Position numbers and translations under genes: made by a program. Positions 59,628 to 64,000 of a DNA stretch of 64,000 nt are shown here, piece after piece. The notes under the pieces were generated by a model that had not been told where the DNA came from, did no database searches, and saw only the letters and a list, made by a program, of their open reading frames with translations. Within the stretch, counting starts at the first letter, position 1. Every line of letters begins with the position of its first letter. This DNA comes from an uncultured archaeon (GTDB lineage Archaea > Thermoplasmatota > Thermoplasmata > Thermoplasmatales > Thermoplasmataceae): the NCBI GenBank assembly GCA_000965745.1, contig CP009479.1, positions 1,312,001 through 1,376,000 of the forward strand. Reading direction: 5' to 3'.

Positions 59628-60263
59628 ATGTCCAAGATGATTTCAAAGAAACTTAGATTCACATTTTTTATTTTGCTCGAACTGGTTCTGTTCGCACTTT
59701 TCTACATAAATCTCTACCTTACGGACTCATCATTGCCTTTCTATCTCTACGTAGGCCTGTTTCCGCCTATTCTTTTCTTTCTTGTATACATAAGCGAGAG
59801 TTCAAGGAAAGAACTCAAAAAACTGCTTCTTTCAAAGGACATGATAGTACTGTTCGCTGTGATTTCGGTATGGATCTACATCTATGCCCTGGACAAACTG
59901 TCAATTCCCTATATATTCTCGACCCTCTATTTTCCGGTGTTAATCGAGGAGTTGAATTTCAGGTATCTCATAACCAGTTATCTCTCGGAAGTCATGAGTC
60001 TTCCAAGGGCAATAGTGGTTCAGGCCTTTCTATACACCTTGCTCTATGCAAGCTACATAATCGTCCTTCCCGGCTCGTATCCAGGGATATACGCCCCTCT
60101 GTTCATAATAGATATGCTTTCTGTGGGTTTGATTTACGGAGCAGTCTACTACATCAGGAGAAACCTGTATATCGATATATCGTTCCATCTTAGCCTTTGG
60201 CTTATGGCTGCGGTCATCCCGTTTTTACTGGTATGGATACCTTATACATTTGCCCCTACTTAG
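59628..60263 (+). CDS. CPBP/Abi-like intramembrane protease family protein
   Basis: EELNFR motif, multiple TM helices, SFH. Confidence 0.65.
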   Translation: MSKMISKKLRFTFFILLELVLFALFYINLYLTDSSLPFYLYVGLFPPILFFLVYISESSRKELKKLLLSKDMIVLFAVISVWIYIYALDKLSIPYIFSTLYFPVLIEELNFRYLITSYLSEVMSLPRAIVVQAFLYTLLYASYIIVLPGSYPGIYAPLFIIDMLSVGLIYGAVYYIRRNLYIDISFHLSLWLMAAVIPFLLVWIPYTFAPT

Positions 60264-60270
60264 TGTGTAT

Positions 60271-60669
60271 CTAAGAAATGAGTTTCCTGAATTCTTCTGG
60301 GACCTTCATTTTCTTGCCGGAGCCATCCAGGAGGACTCCAACAGTGTTTCCCTCTGCAAAAGGGAATCTCGGGGCGTCCAGGTCCTCCAACATGTGTGAA
60401 AAAGTGAAGCTAGTTGTGCCAACCCCTGTAATTTTTGTCACGATCTCAACTCTGCTGTTCAGGTAGATTGGTTTTTTGTAATCCACCTCCGAGTGAACTA
60501 TGACAAATCCTGCATTGCTGGGGTCAAAGTTCCCAAAAAATCTGGTTATGTAGTCAACTCTCCCCATCTCGAAATAAGTAAGGTGGATCGCATTATTTAC
60601 GTGGCCAACACTATCTAAGTCTTTGAATCTTATCTGCAAACTGATTCTCGATACACTTTCACTCATCAT
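60271..60669 (-). CDS. Acyl-CoA thioesterase (4HBT/YbgC hotdog fold)
   Basis: RFKDLDSVGHVNN...YFE.GR. Confidence 0.9.
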   Translation of the reverse strand: MMSESVSRISLQIRFKDLDSVGHVNNAIHLTYFEMGRVDYITRFFGNFDPSNAGFVIVHSEVDYKKPIYLNSRVEIVTKITGVGTTSFTFSHMLEDLDAPRFPFAEGNTVGVLLDGSGKKMKVPEEFRKLIS

Positions 60670-61270
60670 AGAGGAATTTCTTTATTAGACTAAAAAATTG
60701 CGAGGTCTTTTTCAGGTAATGGACATGATCGGCACCCTTGATAATGTGAAGATCAGATCCTGCTATCAGATCATGATATCTTCTGCCAAACGATAATTCT
60801 ATAGTACTATCTTCTGATCCCCATATTATGTGCACTTGACCATCTATTCTGTAGAGATCGCCTCTCAAAGCTTCAAAACCGGCTGGCGCTATTACAATTA
60901 TTTCCTTCACAAGACCGGGGAAGTCGATAATGGATCTTATGGCGATTGCACCCCCCATTGAAGGCCCAATAATTATGACCCTGTTGATTGCCAGCTTCTC
61001 GCAGAAATCCTTTACAAAAAGTGACGATGGGGAGTAGTCAGCACTGCTGAAAATGTATTTCTCATTCTCTTCTGAGAGCCCGAAACCCGGGAAATCAACC
61101 GCATAGGTGTTGTAGCCCCACTGGTGAATTTTTCTAAGGGCATCTATCTCTGCCCAGTTCCTGGAAGTGAATCTCATGCCATGAAGCAGAAGGACATTCT
61201 CTCGGGCCTCCCCGACTTCATGCCTGTAAAACACCCTCTTTCCACCAAGCTCGATATACTTCTCTTCCAT
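60659..61270 (-). CDS. Alpha/beta hydrolase (ABHD14-like)
   Basis: LLHG, DFPGFG, GPSMGG nucleophile, WGSED, GADH. Confidence 0.88.
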   Translation of the reverse strand: MEEKYIELGGKRVFYRHEVGEARENVLLLHGMRFTSRNWAEIDALRKIHQWGYNTYAVDFPGFGLSEENEKYIFSSADYSPSSLFVKDFCEKLAINRVIIIGPSMGGAIAIRSIIDFPGLVKEIIVIAPAGFEALRGDLYRIDGQVHIIWGSEDSTIELSFGRRYHDLIAGSDLHIIKGADHVHYLKKTSQFFSLIKKFLYDE

Positions 61271-61399
61271 GATGACAGAAGGATAAGACGGTCCATGATT
61301 AGAATACTTCTATTGATCTTGAAATGGGACATAACAGGGAAGAAGGGGAGTGGAAAAATTTGCAAAGAGTTAGTAATAAGGAAGCATTGAGGTTACAGA

Positions 61400-63232
61400 A
61401 TGCATCTTAAGCAATCCTCACTTGATTTCTACGCCTTTACCAACTATTACAGGGAGAAACTGGTAAACTCATTCATCAAGAAGATATACCAGATCGGTCC
61501 CAGTGAGTATCTATTTCAACTCTACAGATCGGATACCAAAAAAGTGCATCTCTTCATCTCGCTGACAAAAGGGATCATGTTTCATGAGGCAGAAAGGCCC
61601 GGTGAAGCTTCTCCTCTTGCCTTGAGCCTCAGAAGGATGCTGTCTGAAAGGAGAATCACTGGAATAGAGCAGATAAACTTTGACAGGGTCGTCAAGATCA
61701 CCCTTCACACAGGGCAGGAACTTATTCTGGAATTATTCAGGGAAGGCAACCTTATCATAACAAACAACGGCCTAATCGAATACGCATTCAATCAGAGGGA
61801 ATGGAGAAACAGGAAAATCATACGCGGTGAGCCTTACAAGCCTCCTATGGACACCAACCCACTTGATTTTACAGATGAAGAATTTCTCGAAAAGCTAGGT
61901 AACAGCAAAGCCTCAATCGTCCAGACCCTGGCAACCCGCTTAAGCCTTGGTGGTGAGAACGCAGAGGAGGTGGTCTTCAGGCTTGGGATAGACAAGGACA
62001 CGCCGGCCAAAGAATCAACTCATAGGATGAAGGACCTCAGGAGAATGATAAACGAGCTTCTGCAGGAATCAGTACAGGGAAAGGCCTATCTTTACGAAGA
62101 AGAGAGTGTAATATCGCCGGTTGAACTCAAACACATAAGAACTCCGGCAGACAAGGCCTATGAAGATCTGAGTGACGGATTCTCCCACTATTTACTGGAG
62201 TACGCGGAAGCGGATAAGGAAAAGACCCCAATGGAGAGGAGAATTGACTCACAGAGGAGGGCCATAGGGCAGTTCAAGGAAAAGCAGGAAGAACTTGCCG
62301 CAAAAGGAACAATAGTAATGAGGAATCTCCAGCTGGTCCAGAGTATAATAAAAGAACTCAACAAGAGAATAAAAAATGAAAAACTCGACAGCATAACGAT
62401 AGTTCAGAACCAGAAGGTTGAATCTATAGATCCCGTCAAGAAGATAGCAATAATCGAGATCGAGGGAACTCCAATCGAAGTTGATTACACAAAATCAGCC
62501 GGTGAAAACGGGAATAGGCTTTTCTCCACCTCCAAAGACTTCAGGAACAAGATCTCGGGGGCCCTGACCGCGATCGAAGACACAAAGAAGAACATCATCC
62601 TTGAGCAAGAGAAGCCAAAGAAGAAGAAGAGGATCAAGCAATGGTTCGAGATATACCACTGGTTCTACTCCTCAGAGGGTTTCCTGGTTATTAGCGGCAG
62701 GGATGCCAGGACGAACGAGAAAATTGTGAAGAAGCATCTCAAGGACCACGATCTTTACATGCATGCAGACTTCTACGGCGCGCCAAGTACTATAATAAAG
62801 GTGGAAGGAGAAAGCAAGCCAACTGAAAAAACCCTGCGGGAAGCCGCCTCATTCGCAGTGTCATTCTCCAGGGGCTGGGCTGCAGGAATTGCAAACGGTT
62901 CGGCTTACTGGGTGTATCCCTCTCAAGTCAGCAAGACCCCTGAATCCGGAGAATTCATCGCAACCGGATCATGGGTGATCAGAGGGAAGAGAAACTACGT
63001 TCTGGATGTGCCGCTCTCACTTGAAATAGGGCTCATAGAACTCAAGAATGAAAAAGTTCCGATGATCTGCCCGACTGGAGTTTTTGAAGAGGATAGCACA
63101 AAAATTGTGCGCATACTGCCAGGAGGGGAGAAAAGGCCAGTCGCAGCCAAGCGGATATCAGAAATGCTCGGTGTTCTCCGGGAAGAGATCGAATCCATTC
63201 TGCCTCCAGGGAGTACGCGCATTCTGGAGTAA
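61400..63232 (+). CDS. rqcH: Ribosome quality-control factor RqcH/Rqc2 (NFACT family)
   Basis: NFDR, LILELF.EGN, WFE.YHWF.SSEG, GRDA..NE, QVSKTPESGE, IRGKRNY. Confidence 0.92.
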   Translation: MHLKQSSLDFYAFTNYYREKLVNSFIKKIYQIGPSEYLFQLYRSDTKKVHLFISLTKGIMFHEAERPGEASPLALSLRRMLSERRITGIEQINFDRVVKITLHTGQELILELFREGNLIITNNGLIEYAFNQREWRNRKIIRGEPYKPPMDTNPLDFTDEEFLEKLGNSKASIVQTLATRLSLGGENAEEVVFRLGIDKDTPAKESTHRMKDLRRMINELLQESVQGKAYLYEEESVISPVELKHIRTPADKAYEDLSDGFSHYLLEYAEADKEKTPMERRIDSQRRAIGQFKEKQEELAAKGTIVMRNLQLVQSIIKELNKRIKNEKLDSITIVQNQKVESIDPVKKIAIIEIEGTPIEVDYTKSAGENGNRLFSTSKDFRNKISGALTAIEDTKKNIILEQEKPKKKKRIKQWFEIYHWFYSSEGFLVISGRDARTNEKIVKKHLKDHDLYMHADFYGAPSTIIKVEGESKPTEKTLREAASFAVSFSRGWAAGIANGSAYWVYPSQVSKTPESGEFIATGSWVIRGKRNYVLDVPLSLEIGLIELKNEKVPMICPTGVFEEDSTKIVRILPGGEKRPVAAKRISEMLGVLREEIESILPPGSTRILE

Positions 63233-63237
63233 AGCCT

Positions 63238-64000
63238 CTATCCTTTCAGAATTTTCTTGAGGTCCTCTATTGCAGACACGTCCATGGGGTCTATCTTTCT
63301 GAGATTGGCTAGATGGTAAGTGAGATAGTCCCCATAATGTATGAGGTAGAACATCTTTTCAACAAGGGATTCCCCAGGTGTTTCCACGTGCTCAAGCTCA
63401 ATACCTGAAACACGGCCTGTTGCATGGATTCTCTTTGTTATCCTGTTGTCGGTTGAGCAGCCAAAGGTGTAGAACCTGAATTGATCCTTCCTGTAAGTCT
63501 GTTTCAACGGGATTATTTCATTATGATCGAGCTCCGGGAAGTAGTTTGAAAAAGCCATCACCTTTGCATTCTCGTTGAACTGGGTTTTCCAGCGGTATGC
63601 AATTGATCGGTATGGTGAAAATCCATATACGACTGGAATCAGCTCCCGCTCAAAGATCTTTTCAGCTTCCTCCTTTATCCATTCATTTCTGCTGTCAAGG
63701 TCATCCAGGAGATCTCCAGCCTTCCGAATTGCTTCTGAACTAACCTTCAAGAAGCTGTTAATCAGCGGCATGAGCATGTATCCCAGCGAAGATCTTGGCT
63801 GGAGGCCTGAGGGGACTTTGATTACGTTCTCAACAATACTTTCCAGCTCCCCCCCGGAAGTCAAGGCGCTGACGCTACAGCCTCTCTGTATGGCCTCTCT
63901 GGTCGCCGCAATCACCTCTTCCGTATTCCCGGAGTAACTCATTGCCACAAACATGGTCTTCTCATCCGCAAACTCAGGAATGTGGTAATCATCAAGTGCG
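63238..64000 (-). CDS. Bifunctional phosphoglucose/phosphomannose isomerase (5' end outside the window)
   Basis: SYSGNTEE, SGG.L, QPR, RWKTQFNENAK, PELDHNE. Confidence 0.9.
   Translation of the reverse strand, partial: ALDDYHIPEFADEKTMFVAMSYSGNTEEVIAATREAIQRGCSVSALTSGGELESIVENVIKVPSGLQPRSSLGYMLMPLINSFLKVSSEAIRKAGDLLDDLDSRNEWIKEEAEKIFERELIPVVYGFSPYRSIAYRWKTQFNENAKVMAFSNYFPELDHNEIIPLKQTYRKDQFRFYTFGCSTDNRITKRIHATGRVSGIELEHVETPGESLVEKMFYLIHYGDYLTYHLANLRKIDPMDVSAIEDLKKILKG

Noticed and set aside
37672-63232. Functional link between the degenerate AlaX and RqcH (alanine tailing)
   Set aside because: The genes are ~23 kb apart with no shared operon; nothing in the sequence supports a link

Overview
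Gene-dense chromosomal window from an archaeon, most likely order Thermoplasmatales. The assignment rests on a thermosome alpha subunit, a Thermoplasma-type thioredoxin reductase, agmatinase and ArcS, plus GGTGA/GGAGG ribosome-binding sites, BRE/TATA promoters and oligo-T terminators. Content is mostly housekeeping: TCA/respiration (sucCD, sdhABCD, 2-oxoacid:ferredoxin oxidoreductase, FBP aldolase/phosphatase), translation and RNA metabolism (glyS, tRNA-His, aIF5A, rpl10e, rpl40e, Csl4, Lsm, ArcS, RqcH), cdc6, thyX, folC and purQ. I saw no transposase, integrase, CRISPR array or rRNA. The most notable items are: (1) a six-gene MoxR/DUF58 operon that lacks the usual transglutaminase and is headed by a ~1000-aa Cys-free surface glycoprotein; (2) a B-family heme-copper oxidase operon with a membrane-anchored blue-copper protein, divergent from a FoxG/CcoG-like polyferredoxin membrane protein; (3) purQ, whose conserved N-terminus can only be translated from a non-canonical codon (ACG in a TAACG overlap with the rpl40e stop); (4) an AlaX paralog that has lost all four zinc ligands; (5) a cysteine-less thiolase/DUF35 pair; (6) a Cys-rich regulator with a palindromic operator beside a DUF302-Trx-TrxR operon; (7) a multiply disrupted GNAT pseudogene. 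All functional calls come from motif recognition by eye; no database searches were run.
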